Positions 24,953 to 38,415 of a DNA stretch of 64,000 nucleotides are shown piece after piece (position 1 is the first letter of the stretch; the number at the start of each line of letters is the position of its first letter). Location of the stretch: NCBI RefSeq assembly GCF_006345805.1, contig NC_043001.1, positions 124,000,001 through 124,064,000 of the forward strand, written 5' to 3'. Both the position numbers and the translations under genes were made by a program. Origin of the DNA: Octopus sinensis. Its lineage: Eukaryota. A model generated the notes under the pieces. That model ran no database searches and was not told the DNA's origin. It was given only the letters and a program-made list of their open reading frames with translations.

Positions 24953-25239
24953 CGAGGGGGTGTTGAAAAGTTCCTAGCTTAGGGTAAAAGAAAATACAAG
25001 CGGATCAGTTAAATTTGATTTTATTTAATATTTTCCACCCTAGGTGGAGCTCCGGCATGGCCTCAGTCAAATGATTGAAACTAGTAAAAAGCAATAAAGA
25101 ATAATACCCTCTCAGATTCATACAGTTATTGCAGCGATCCTCCAGTTTTTCTAATCCTTGTAAGAGAACGTGGAATATGGGGCCGCCAATCAAAACTTTC
25201 GCTACACCCTTAAAGCCAGGAAATTTTCCGTACCCGCCT
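24953..25239 (-). mobile_element. Mariner-derived MITE with an inserted SINE-A tail fragment
   Basis: Imperfect TIRs (CGAGGGGGTGTTGAAAAGTTCCTAGCTT vs rc AGGCGGGTACGGAAAATTTCCTGGCTT) with TA flanks. Retains KLEDRCNNCMNLRG (mariner C-terminus). SINE tail at ~25042-25103. Confidence 0.7.
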
Positions 25240-26879
25240 TATAAGTGCCGCCATCTTTCATTGCAGACCTAGGTTTTGAATAAATTGTGCGTAGCCGGAG
25301 CAAATACCATTAAAGTACATTGTCCAATGCTATAGTAATTCCGTGAATCTAACGTCCTGGATTCCGTGAATCTAACGACCCGGTCAGAAAGAAATGAAAA
25401 TTGACATCATTGGGAATTTGACTCAGAGCGTAGAGGCTTTGTGCAAGTATCATATGTCATTATGTTCAAACTCTAACGAATTTACCAATTTACTTGCTTT
25501 GGAAGTCAAGTAATGGTGTCCATTTAATTGTTTCCATCTAAATGACGGTTTTTGTGCTGATATGAGCAACAACTATTTCCATCCATCTTTGATCAATATG
25601 ATAGTGTCTCTTTCAAGAGATTAGAACCAATCTAATCGGCTAGTGCCTCACTGTATATGTCAGACGTCAGATCCTTATTAGAAACATAAATTTGGAGCGG
25701 GTAATTGCCTGAAACGTAAGGACGTCAGAAAAATCCGTTCCGGTATTTGTTCCGGCACTTCATGTTCTGAGTTCCAGCCCTACCAAGTTGAATATGCCAT
25801 TCATCCTTTCTACTACTAAAAACGCACTCTCAACAACGGCAACAACGAAGATAATATTCCACATATGCAGCATTATCATCATCAGCGACATCAACAAAGA
25901 TTGCAAGAAAACCATAGAACAGCAACATCAACAACTACACCAGCAGTTGAGAGAACTAATAAGACCACCAGATGCGACAACAATGAATGCAGCTGAGACA
26001 ACAACAGCCCAAGCAACACCGGAATTACCATCGTCGCGAACATCAACAAGAAAATCAACAGAAAGTACCACCCACGGCGTCTTTCAACTCAGCTTTCCCC
26101 CTCTCCTCTCTCAAATACTCACTAACATACACTGATACAAACATAATCATACTCCTATACTTCGAGGCAGATTCCACAGACACTGATTCTTCCATGTCTC
26201 GAAGTAAAAACGAGAAAGAACCCCCAAAATCTAAAAACATGAAAGGGTACACGTAAATAAAAATCACTCACACCATAAACCACAGGAAACAATCTCACAA
26301 CGAACAAAGTTACAGCGAAACAACACCAACCCCACCAGCTTCACAATCATCGATATAACAACCAACAACACCAGCTCCATCAACACTATCACAAACTCAC
26401 AGCAAAAGAAAGCTCACACAACTCACCCACACTGACCAAGTTTCGTGCCTGTGACAGGAACCAAGGAAGATTTGATGACCTTAATATCACGGAGTAAAGA
26501 TGATGAGAGAGGATGTGTCATTTGTGATACTAGCACTTTTACTGTGTCAGAAGATTTAATGTTAACGTGCATGGCACAAGACATATACAAAAAACACTAG
26601 GGATGTTTTCCTCTACAAAGTGGAAGGCCGCAATTCAAATGCCACCAGCAGACGTTTAAAGAACTAGAGGAACCAGAACCCGATTCGAAGGTCAGGCCAT
26701 GCAGCCGCCAACAACGGGGGGAGGGTAAGTCATACCATTTCTTTCCTTTATCTCAACTCTTTCCTGCCAACTTTGCGATTATTAGAGTAAGATTTACAAA
26801 GATATGAGGTTTGAAGTCATCCTGGAAGCAAGGTTATCTGCTTGTGGGCGCTTTGCGTTGTCTTTTTTGCAGAGGTTAG

Positions 26880-27345
26880 TGGTGATATTGATGCTGCAGT
26901 CGAGAGAGACCAGTTACTTGGTCTTCTCCGGGAGACTTTCGGGCCGCAGACTATGGGTAATTTTCTGACATCCGTCGCCTACAGTACTACCGGATTTGTG
27001 GTAGGGGTTCGGTCAGTTCGCGACAAGATTTACAAGCATGGAAATACTGATAGACGGATCTGTCTCAGATGTGCGGAGAGCGATTAAACGGCTCTACATG
27101 CACTCATCCAGTGTCCGAGCATGCTAAACTGTGGGCTTTGTGGACCTTTTCTAGGCCGAATCTATCGTGATGATCGCCTTGCTGTCTTCTTTTAGGAAGA
27201 GCAGACAGTTTTTCTGTCTGATGAATTTGCCGAAAGGGGTAGTTTGATGGACAATGTTCAAAGGACTGAAGAAAAATATTTTCTTCTTCAACGTCATTAA
27301 CTTTTTTTCAAAATCCACTTCAAAAGGAAACTGAAGGTGAAATGA
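26880..27345 (+). pseudogene. Old, divergent Tx1-like ORF2 3' fragment
   Basis: LRETFGPQTMGNF...VRDKIYKHG...ICLRCAESD*TALHALIQCP...INFFKIHFKRKLKV aligns by eye with copy 2 (TTFGAGPMDNF...VRDKLYRHG...CPRCGQSDETVLHALVQCP...INFFKYHLKRKVRV). Confidence 0.8.
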
Positions 27346-27718
27346 AGAGAATTTCTGGCCCCCACACCAGTAATTTTGTTGAAAGGTAGGTGGATATGGT
27401 GAGGATGGCAGTGTAAATGGGCCCATTCTAAACAGATGTTTGTAGGCCGGAGGACATAAGAAGAGGGGTACTTGCTTGGGGTGCCCTTGTTGGTCGGAGT
27501 GACGAGGGCCTAGGGTTCCTTGGCTGATCCAGGGTAATACTACCTGCTTTTGCGGATTTTTATTGTTGTTATTGTATACACATGATTTTGTACCAATCCC
27601 CATTGTCCCATGTTTCGTAGTGTGCTTCTTCGTTTTGATTTCGGCCCTTGCGACCAATAGAGAAAATACTGTGTTAATATTATTAATAAGAATAAGAATA
27701 AGAATAAGAAGACGGATC

Positions 27719-27771
<53 letters not shown>

Positions 27772-27785
27772 TTTTTTTTTTTTTT

Positions 27786-28164
27786 AAATGCTTTCTAATT
27801 GATGTATCAATACCGGCAGATGACAACGTGTCTCTAAAAGAAATGGAGAAACTCTCAAAATACAAAGACCTGGAAATAGAGGTAACTAGAATGTGGAATC
27901 TGAAAACAGAAGCAATTCCTATCATAGTAGGTGCATTAGGCATGATAAAAAAATATTCAGACAAATACATAACAAAAACACCAGGACTTACAAACACATA
28001 TAGCATACAGAAAATTGCACTACTAGGCACTGCACACGTCCTACGCAGAACACTTTCCATACAATAACCATCAGAGCATCACAACAAATCACAGCACATA
28101 CCCAAGGCACACAGAGCTGCGCTCGGTAGTGAAGTGAAAGCACGCTATAAAAATAAAACTACTG
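27786..28164 (+). mobile_element. R4/Dong-clade non-LTR retrotransposon, subfamily 1, 3' fragment
   Basis: RLE domain C-terminus LIDVSIP..EKLSKYKDLEIE..W..IPIIVGALG..QKIALLGTAH.LR. The 3' UTR ends ...AAAACTACTG|AATAAT. (AAT)n on both sides. Confidence 0.9.
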
Positions 28165-28182
28165 AATAATAATAATAATAAT

Positions 28183-28293
<111 letters not shown>

Positions 28294-28304
28294 TAATAAT
28301 AATA

Positions 28305-28861
28305 AATGCCCTGATGTAGTACTAGACAGTAGCTCTCATGGCTTCTGATCTTAATTGATTGGAAGTGTTATCATGTACATAGTCTTGTCTTGGTATAAAA
28401 GATGGGCTACGACAAATATTCTACTCAATACCACAGATTTGCTTGTCAGTTGTTTGACCTTTAGCAGTTTACCATGTCCCTTAGTGGCTGACGATATGTG
28501 CATCTCTAATCATGAGCAGAAGCAGTGGAGGAGCATCATATCCGTGTGTTGGAAAGCATTCTAAGGGATTTGGATAATTCACATTTGGAAACATGGGTGG
28601 TTCGTTCAACAGACTTAACCAATCCTTATTCAGTGACCGTTTGAGCGGGATGTGCTACTCGACCAAAAGAAAATTCTAACTGGGCCCCACCAGCAAGGTC
28701 ATGCGCTGTTTATCTTGATATAGCACCATTTCGTGCACATATGGTTCTGATGCATGTGCCTAGTGTACCCTTATCAAATGGGTAGTCATGATGGGTATAC
28801 TGGACTTTGTATATTTAACCCCAGTGTCACTTTGATGGCATGCCCTGCTCTCTCATTCAAT
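28305..28861 (+). repeat. About 555-bp non-coding repeat flanked by (AAT)n on both sides
   Basis: Homologous to 15205-15660. No recognisable ORF. Ends ...CTCTCATTC|AATGATGATGATAATAAT. Confidence 0.8.
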
Positions 28862-28868
28862 GATGATG

Positions 28869-28980
<112 letters not shown>

Positions 28981-29013
28981 CAATAATAATAATGATGATG
29001 ATGATAATAATAA

Positions 29014-30116
29014 CAAGAAAGCATCGTACTCAGTAACAAAACAGGCAAAGGACTATCTAAGTGAATTCCTAATACAACAAATTTCGGAATTAGACATACA
29101 AGAAACAAGCACAGAAATAGCTAAGCACATCAAAACCCGTGCTAAAACTGCTGCCTTAGATATTCTGATTGATAAATGCCAAGAAAAACCTCTCAATGGC
29201 AAATACCCAACGAGAACGAATAATGCCGATGTTGACAAAACCCTGATCCATCAATGGCTTTTGGCCTCTGGCTTAAAATCTGAAACAGAAAGGTTTATCA
29301 TAGCAGCTCATGATCAAGGTCTACCTACAAGGAACTACTAGGCCAACATATTAAAGAATTGCAGTAGCCGAACATGTCGTGTATATCAACAACAAAATGA
29401 AACCATTGATCATGTTGTCTCCAAGTGCAGTCTTCTAGCGCCTACAAAGTATCTCAACAGGCATGATAGAGCTGCACAATATATTCACTAGGTAATTTGT
29501 GAAAGCCTGGACTTGCCCCGTGATAAAAACTGGTGGGAACACAAACCACCTCCAGTGCTTGAAATGATCACATCTCACTCACCTGGAACTTACTCAAACT
29601 GACAGAAAGATAGATGCGAATAGGCCAGACATCATATTGAAAGACCTCAGACAAAAATCATGCCTCCTCATTGATATGGCTGTCCCAATCAATAGAAACG
29701 CATCTGTTAAGACGTACCAAGAACTGAGCAAATATAAAGATCTTGAAATAGAAATTAGCAAAATGTGGAACCTGAAGATTAAAACAATACCTGTTGTCAT
29801 AGGTGCCCTGGGAATGATAACAAAAGGGGCTGATTGCTATCTAGCTCAGATACCAGGAAATCCCAAAATGGCAGAAATTCAAAAGATGGTGCTCATGGGA
29901 ACTGCTCATATCCTGCGCAAAATCCTTCCTAAGTAATGTCAATTTTTAAAACAAACATAATTTTCTCATGGTTTCTTAAACAATAACTAGTACAACAAAC
30001 CAAATATATGGCACCTTAGGCATAACACCAACATGAACTTCCAACTTATTGTCTCTTGAGGTCTCTGGGTGAGACTTGGAGCCAACTTGTACAAATGTAA
30101 ATCAAAAGTCAAACAT

Positions 30117-30118
<2 letters not shown>
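29014..30118 (+). mobile_element. R4/Dong-clade retrotransposon, subfamily 2, 5'-truncated
   Basis: GLKSETERFIIAAHDQGLPTRNY, CCHC-like CRVY..QNETIDHVVSKC, HD.AA.YIH, RPDI..LIDMAVP..LSKYKDLEIE..IPVVIGALG. Ends ...CAAACATTG|AATAAT. Confidence 0.9.
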
Positions 30119-30153
<35 letters not shown>

Positions 30154-30203
30154 CAACAACAACAACAATAATAAAAATAATAATGATAATAATGATAATA
30201 ATG

Positions 30204-30286
<83 letters not shown>

Positions 30287-30289
<3 letters not shown>

Positions 30290-31686
30290 TAGTTTTATTT
30301 TTATAGCGTGCTTTCACTTCACTACCGAGCGCAGCTCTGTGTGCCTTGGGTATGTGCTGGGATTTGTTGTGATGCTCTGATGGTTATGTATGGAAAGTGT
30401 TCTGCGTAGGATGTGTGCTGTGCCTAGTAGTGCAATTTTCTGTATGTTATATGTGTTTGTAAGTCCTGGTGTTTTTGTTATGTATTTGTCTGAATATTTT
30501 TTTATCATGCCTAATGCACCTACTATGATAGGAATTGTTTCTGTTTTCAGATTCCACATTCTAGTTACCTCTATTTCCAGGTCTTTGTATTTTGAGAGTT
30601 TCTCCATTTCTTTTAGAGACACGTTGTCATCTGCCGGTATTGATACATCAATTAGAAAGCATTTTTTTCTTCATGATCTCTGACAACTATATCTAGTCTG
30701 TTGGCCTTAATTTCTCTATCTGTGTGTATCGGCATATCCCAGAGTATGGTTGCTTTCTCGTTTTCTGTGACCTTTTCTGGTGTGTGCCTATACCATCTTT
30801 TTTCTGTTGTTATTCCATAATGTTGGCATAGCTTCCAATGTATGTAGGTTCCAACTCTGTCATGTCTGTGAATATATTCCTTCTTAGCTAGGACTGGGCA
30901 GCTAGAGATAATATGATTATTGTTTCTTGTCCATCTCCACATATTCTGCAGTTACTTGTATATTTCTTTTCATTACATGTTTTTGGTAATTTCTGGTGGG
31001 GAGGCTTTGGTCTTGTGCTGCAATTAAAAATCCCTCTGTTTCTGCTTTGAGTCCTGAGCTTCTCAACCATTGCTGGGATTTTTCTTTGTCTATTTCTTTT
31101 GCGTTTAGTTTAGTGCAGTATTTACCATGAAGGGGATTTTCTTGCCATCGTTTTATCATGGCTCGTTGCTGTTCTATTTTTAGTTTGGATTTCACTTGTT
31201 TTATAGCTTTTGTTGTTTCTTCATCATCTTCTTCTTCTTCTTTGTGTTTATTAGGTGGTATGATTTCATGTTTGTATTTGTCAGCTTCCTTAAATACTGA
31301 GAACAGTTTTTTGTTTTGCTCGTGTTTTGCTGCTATCTGGATCAGTTTTCCTTCCTTCTGAAGTAGGTATTTTTGCAGTCCTATGGTGGTTATTTTATAG
31401 TAGTTTTCCAGCTGTATAAGGCCTCTACCACCTTCTATACGTTGTATATATAGTCTTTCTATGTCAGATTTTGGGTGATGCATCCTAGATCCTGTCAGTA
31501 TTTTTCTTGTTTTCCTATCTATTTTGGACAGTTCATTTCGTGTCCAGTTAAGGATATTGTAGCTGTAACTTATAACTGGGACAGCTAAAGTGTTGATACC
31601 TATTATCTTGTTTTTAGCATTGAGCTCTGTTTTTAGTATTGATCTAACTCGTCTATAATATTCTTTTTTTATTTTCTCTTTCATTT
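30287..31686 (-). mobile_element. R4/Dong-clade retrotransposon, subfamily 1, 5'-truncated (1.4 kb)
   Basis: ORF 30917-31684: RT C-terminus KNKIIGINTLAVPVISY...HHPKSDIERLY..R.EGGRGLIQL...GLKAETEGFLIAAQDQSL. Then CRICG, HD.V, ANRLDIVV and the RLE domain. One frameshift near the CCHC motif. Confidence 0.93.
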
Positions 31687-31691
31687 GTGTG

Positions 31692-31739
<48 letters not shown>

Positions 31740-31761
31740 CGTTATTATTATTATTATTATT

Positions 31762-31920
31762 CTATGCTTGACTTTTGCTTTGTATTTGTACAAGTTGGCT
31801 TCAAGTCTCACCCACAGACCTCAAGAGACAACAAGTTGGAAGTTCATGTTGGTGTTATGCCTAGTGTACCATATATTTGTTGGGTTTTTTTGGTGTTGTA
31901 CTAGTGAATGTCTAAAAAAA
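31762..31920 (-). mobile_element. R4/Dong subfamily 2, 3' UTR-only copy
   Basis: Reverse complement of ~29975-30118, diverged. Lies within (ATT)n. Confidence 0.8.
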
Positions 31921-31932
31921 ACGATAATTATG

Positions 31933-31974
<42 letters not shown>

Positions 31975-32746
31975 GAATATTGATACCGTCATTGTCGTTG
32001 ATAAGTTGTCATTGTTGCTGGTAATAGTAGCTTAACTGAAGCTTTCCAGTTTTTGCTGTTTCTCTAGTAACATTACTTCTTGATATTTTCTACTCCTTGG
32101 ACATTATCATTATTATTTTGTAACATTTTCCTTGTTATATTTTATGAGCTTTTATTTCTTTTCTTTCTGCTGACACTTTGCCTTAGTCATTGAAAATGTT
32201 ACGTGAAATGTCACATATTTTTTCTCATTAAATTGTGTTTCTTGGATAAGCATTAGCAATATAAGAAACTAAAACAGCTGCAATAACATCTGAATCTGCT
32301 GCATCAGTTAGTTATAAATAAACTAAGATCAAGTAATGAAATAGAAGCTGCCGTTAAATGGAGAATTAAAAGAAAATATTGCGTGGCTTCGAAATATACT
32401 TTACGTATACGCATTATGTAATAGATTTTTGAGCTAGTTGTGCATGCGTGTGTTTGAATGTGTGAATGCGTGCGTGTGTGAGTGTGTGTTTGAGGGGGGA
32501 ATTAAACATGTGAGTGTCTATGTGTGTGAGTGTATCATGGAAACAAATCTGGGTGAGCATGGAGAAAAGTAAGTGCTCAGTTCGTATCTTTGGTTTTTAC
32601 CCAGTACATTGTAAGCTACAAACTTAGGTTGCCGTTACTCTTACTTTTATGTTTCTGAAATTCAGACGGCAGGGAATGCGCGTATGTGGATGAAAATATG
32701 CGTGTATACATATCTACATGCATACATTATAGAGATATATACGTGT

Positions 32747-32804
<58 letters not shown>

Positions 32805-33070
32805 ATAATATATATATTAGAAAAATTGAGGTAATCAGATCAGATGGTTCATATTTGTAGATATTATTTATATATTACATTTTTTACATATATATCATAT
32901 CATATCATTCGGATTTCGGATTAGCGCTTGCTCCCATTCTAGTGGGCTTTTCAAATCAAATCAGTTGTGGGAAGTTTGAACATTTTATAGTTTTGTAGTA
33001 GTGGGTGAGGAGGAAGTGAGACAGAGAAAAAATGTGTGTATGTGTATGTGTGTGTGTGTGTGTGTATGTG

Positions 33071-33110
<40 letters not shown>

Positions 33111-33344
33111 TTTATATCTGAGAGTGAAGAAGTGTTATTTCCGTTGAGCATATACATGTATATGGATATTATATATATAGTATATATATATATCTATATA
33201 TATATATATATATATAATATATATATACGTATATACATACATACATACATACATACATACATACATACATACATACATACATACATGCATACATATATAT
33301 ACGTGTATATTATACATGTGACTGACATGCATTACATGTCATAT

Positions 33345-33378
<34 letters not shown>

Positions 33379-35181
33379 ACCAGCTTACGTGAGAGATATA
33401 CATATACTGAGAGAGTAGGAGAGGGTATGGTAAACAAATATAGAGAGCGAAAAATTTGAAGAACCCGGTGAGGAAATTGTTCTATGGCTCAAAAATTCTT
33501 AATCCAAAAATTCTTATTAGAATTTTCCTCCATGTTGATTTTAAAGGTTATAAATGATACAGAATAAACTATGCTGTATACAAGTCTATTGTACCTTATA
33601 TGTACAGAACAATAGAAATCATAATCTGAATAGCGAGATCCTTGACTGCAGCCGCTAATTTTGATATTTTAATAAGACACCATTTAGATATTAATCATTT
33701 GATACCATTAAAAAACGATATGAAATATTCTGAGCATGTTTCATACCAACTAGTGTTGATTATAATAATAATCGTTTGGTAGCATAAAGACTGATCATAA
33801 TGGACGATTGTTGATCTACATTTAGAGGAGGAATATTATGATATATTTGCAGCAATCATTTGACGGGTATCTGCTTATTATGTATACGTATATAAACATA
33901 TCAGATTGTCGTGGTAATAGTGATAGGCTAAAAAACACATGCGTGCCCTGAAAAACTCTGCAAATGAAACCCAATGCAGGCTTTTATCCTTTTGTTTTAT
34001 CCCTGTCTGAATGTGTCCTTGAAAGGCTGGTAAAACAAGTTTATTACGTTGTTTCGATTTTTCATTTTACCTGCAATTAATCGTCATAAAATGAAATATC
34101 CAAAATAATTACTTATTTTTAATACAGGTATTTTAAAGGCTTTCACAACTTTTACTTCATAGGAATTTACTATTGTACGACTTTATAATGACTTTGTGTA
34201 TATCAATGTTGAAGAGAAGAGTTTGAAAAGTTCTTTCAGTTGGCGTATTCTTGATACGTTGGTTAGAAAAAGATATTGCACTATACCGCTCCATTTCAGC
34301 TTATCTGAATAGACATAACCACTGCATATTTTTGTGGTATATGAATGTAATACATAGAAATGCATTCGATGGGTGAGGCATTAACTAGAAGCGTTATTAA
34401 ATGCAAATAAATATAAATGAATATGAAACAAGAAAAACAAAATATTTAGCAAAATACATAGAACTACATACGTTTGTAAGATGTCGGTGATTCTAGTGCG
34501 CCATAACATTTCGATTTTTCCTTGATCAATGTTGCTAAAACACTTGGGAATGACCTGAAAAATATCGAATGCTCGAAGTAATACTCACAGAACCAAAAAT
34601 ACACAAGTCGAGGATAAAATTTGGTTCACTAATTACTTTTATATCATAAAATATTTTTATTACTTTCATTTTGCTAAAAAAAAAGCCTGTTCGTTTTTCA
34701 TCATATCTTCAAGTTTAAGTAGAGCAACCATTAACATTAGCAATCAAGATCAAAGATGTTTTAATCTAATTTCATATAAAATTTCACTATCAAATTGGGG
34801 AATGTTCACATTACTTGAATAAAACAGAAAGCCATTTACATGAAAAAAAAATGCAGGATTTTTATGACGTCATTGCAAATTTGTTATGTTAATTATAAAT
34901 GGTTAGGAGAGTGTTTATTTTGCTTCATGAATAATCAACAAGTCACATGGTTTAGGTTTTGCATGTATAGCATTAATCAAAAGTGAGAAATACAGGCTCT
35001 CGTTATGATATCAATCTTTAAAATATTTCTCTGGATGTTCACCAGGTCTTGTTCATTGCTGCATAAACTGAAAGAAAGAAAATGAAGATTATACATAAGT
35101 TATGAAGTATCTTTCCTTGATATACAAACTGCAGAGTTTTCAGGAAAATATCATGTCTAACAGTTCTTTACTTGCTGTTAG

Positions 35182-35937
35182 AATCTGTTGCTGGTAACTA
35201 CTTATTAGATATATCTTGGCCATTGTACAATGGTACCTCACTTGTGTATTTCTCTTTTCTATCTAGATGTAGTTATTTACATGCAAACGCATGTATTTAC
35301 ACCAACAGTAGCTCACATTCTAGCGCCTGTATTCATACACATACATTGTACAATAAATATTAGCTACACCCGTTGAATTTCGAACAGTTCGTTTTATTGA
35401 TATGTGTTTAAATGTATTTAGTTGATGTGTATTACGTTCTCTATAGTTTTCTCTTTTTCAGGAATATCCTAATAACTCGCAAGATAAGGTTGCAAAATAT
35501 GCTTAATCCCAAAATGGTACGATAACTTTACCATTTCTCTATTTAACACCTACCGCAGGCGTCAAACGTAAACGATGGTAAATTCAATGCAAGAGCAGAC
35601 AACTCTACACGACGTACTAAGGCATTTCTATATTTAGCTTACATTTGATGGAGCTTTTCAATTCCAGGATTCTCTGTACAGTGATATGTCACATAGCGTA
35701 AGCAATAATATGGTTTTGTGGACGAGAGATGATTGTAGTTCAGCTATGATTAGCAATTCGCATTTATTTGAGTCAGCCTTAAAACCTGTTCCTGTGCCAG
35801 ATTTCAAACATAAAATTGATAGAAACAATGAGCAATCCACGTTATAGCAAAAGATTGGGTATATAATTCGAAGCTGAAATCTACTCTAAATATTATCTCC
35901 TTCTTGGAATTCAGGAGCATTACCCCTTAAGATAGAC
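35182..35937 (+). CDS. Candidate cluster of micro-exons (unverified)
   Basis: Seven pyrimidine-tract-AG sites about 70-190 nt apart. The best single case is TTTTCAATTCCAG|GATTCTCTGTACAGTGATATGTCACATAGC|GTAAGC (35668-35697). See findings. Confidence 0.25.
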
Positions 35938-35996
35938 GTATTTTACGTCCACGATGTGATATTCTATTTTATAAAACTGTTAAAGCTAAATGTCAA

Positions 35997-36031
<35 letters not shown>

Positions 36032-36045
36032 CGTGTGTGTGTGTG

Positions 36046-36080
<35 letters not shown>

Positions 36081-38004
36081 TGTGCGTGTTTAAGCGTGTA
36101 CAAATATGTAATTTCCGGTAGGCTGCGATTTGACGCGTTGGAGAAAATGTTCTCTAAGCGCCGGGTGTTGAAACAACTGAGTCATACACAGGCTAGTTTA
36201 CTGACATCTAATCTCATCTAGGAGTGATGGACATCAATCAATTTCGTGCTTTGTCGACGTCACGTACCCGTATCCAGGCATGCACGTACAATGCATGCGT
36301 AAGAATAATTTTAAATATGAACTAAAAGCGTCACAATTGTATTGAACATTATCGACTTCTTCAGCTAAGAGTAAAACAAAAGTGAATATTAATTAAAATA
36401 AACAATTTAATTGGAGAAAAAAAAACTAAATGAAATGTTTTGTAAATAGGTAGGACATATTCTTTTTTCCCCTCTCTCTCTCTCTTTTCCTTTGTGAAGG
36501 CTCGCTAGAGAGAGAAAGTTCTTAATAGCTAACACAACAGTGGTGAGAAACTTAATAAGCTACAATGTCTCTCAGAATCTCCCAAGAAAAAACCTGTCTC
36601 CATAGATATGTTTAGTTAATGAACTTGAAAAAATCGCTCATTGCTACGCCGAACAGATTACCTTAAAATTTTCTGTTTCATGCTAAATGCCTTGGTATAC
36701 CATCTGAGTTGATGTGGTTTTTCATTATAGTAACAGTGCAATCTTTTGAATTTTCACCGATGAAAACGCTTCCTCCTTGTCCATGAGCGTCATACCATAG
36801 TTGCTAACGTTGCTGCTGCTGCTGCTGCAGAGGTTGTTGCTTTTGCTAATGTTATTGCTGCTTTTTTTCCTTTTTATACTTACTATCATTTCTCAACGTA
36901 CCAGTCGTGCTTTGAACTTTCAACGCTAAAACTTGTTCTCCCCTCCTTCCATGTGTTGCGCCAGTCTTTCCCAGTCACTTCCTATCACACTCTCTATACT
37001 GCTGACAGTAGGAACCAAGTCCCATACTTGTAAAGCATACTCTTTCAAAAAAAAACAACAAAAAAATTTGCAGTTTCTTCAAACAGATTGGACTTGAGAC
37101 CAATGTGGAACAACGAACGAGCCAGTCGTATATGTTCTGGCTAGCTTAAACAAATGTTATATAACAGAATTTCCATAATTAACAACTTTTAATATATAAA
37201 CAGACGAACAAACTTACAAGCAACTCGAAGCTACGCGTTGTTGACACCACACCAAAAAGAAAAAGTATGTATAGAAAAATAATAATCAAGAAACAATAAT
37301 TTAGAAAGCAAAAAAAATGAGGAACATGAAGGTATATTGTCAAATGTCAAACGAAATGTTTTCTACTTTTCGTTTTCTACTACTTTTTGTATTATTGATT
37401 TGCTTTACCAGATAGCGTTTCTTTGGAACATCCTTCCTGTAGAAATTATTTCTTCCAGTGAACTTATAGACACCACTTAACAACAGATCATTAACACCAC
37501 CACCACCATAACCAACACCAGGAGATAATGACGATCATGACGATGTCGTCGTTGACGACAACGATGATGACGATCATCATCATTATTATCATCACCACCA
37601 TCGTCATCGTCGTCGTCATTGTCTGACTCTTCGTTGTCGTTGATACCGTCACATCCATTACCCTCAATCCCAACACCATTATCTTGATTATCACCACCAA
37701 AGGCGACAATGTGGCAGGATTGTTAGCGCGGTGGGAAAAAATTCTTTTCAGAGTTTATTCCGACTCTCCCCGTTCATCTTTCCCTGCAAATCGTTTCAGG
37801 TACGTGATGTAGATAAGCCACGAAAGTAGTGAAATATTGATATCCATTGTCCCTGAATAGGATTTGGGGTGAATTTTCTCGTCTATCTACCACTTTCAGA
37901 TATTTTAACAGCCGGCGCTTTGAAAGGGTCATCTCCGTGTCAAATCGCAGCCTATCAGCGACCAAATAAGGCACATACTTCAGTATGTGTGTTCGATAAT
38001 ATGC

Positions 38005-38073
<69 letters not shown>

Positions 38074-38129
38074 GTGTGTGTGTGTGTGTGTGTGTTTATG
38101 TACATGTATTTCCATACATACACTATATG

Positions 38130-38190
<61 letters not shown>

Positions 38191-38222
38191 AAGATGCATA
38201 CTCACACATACACATACATACA

Positions 38223-38415
38223 TCTCTTTTATTCTTTTACTCTTTTACTTGTTCCAGACATTTGACTGTGGCCATGCTAGAGCACCGCCTTTAGTCGAGC
38301 AAATCGACCCCAGGACTTATTCTTTGGATGCCGAAACGGTAAGTTACGGGGACGTAAACACACCACCATCGGTTGCCAAGCGATGTTGGGGGACAAACAC
38401 AGACACACAAATACA
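38223..38415 (-). mobile_element. SINE family A, 3' half
   Basis: Tail TCTTTTACTCTTTTACTTG...TTTGACTGTGGCCATGCTAGAGCACCGCC. Confidence 0.85.

Noticed and set aside
25788-26760. Q/T-rich ORFs upstream of the old Tx1 fragment as ORF1
   Set aside because: Low-complexity (CAA-rich), interrupted by stops, and no clear zinc knuckle. Plausible but not supportable.
27224-27245. CTGATGA...GAAA hammerhead-like spacing
   Set aside because: No stem II, I or III pairing, and it lies inside a degraded Tx1 ORF2 remnant.
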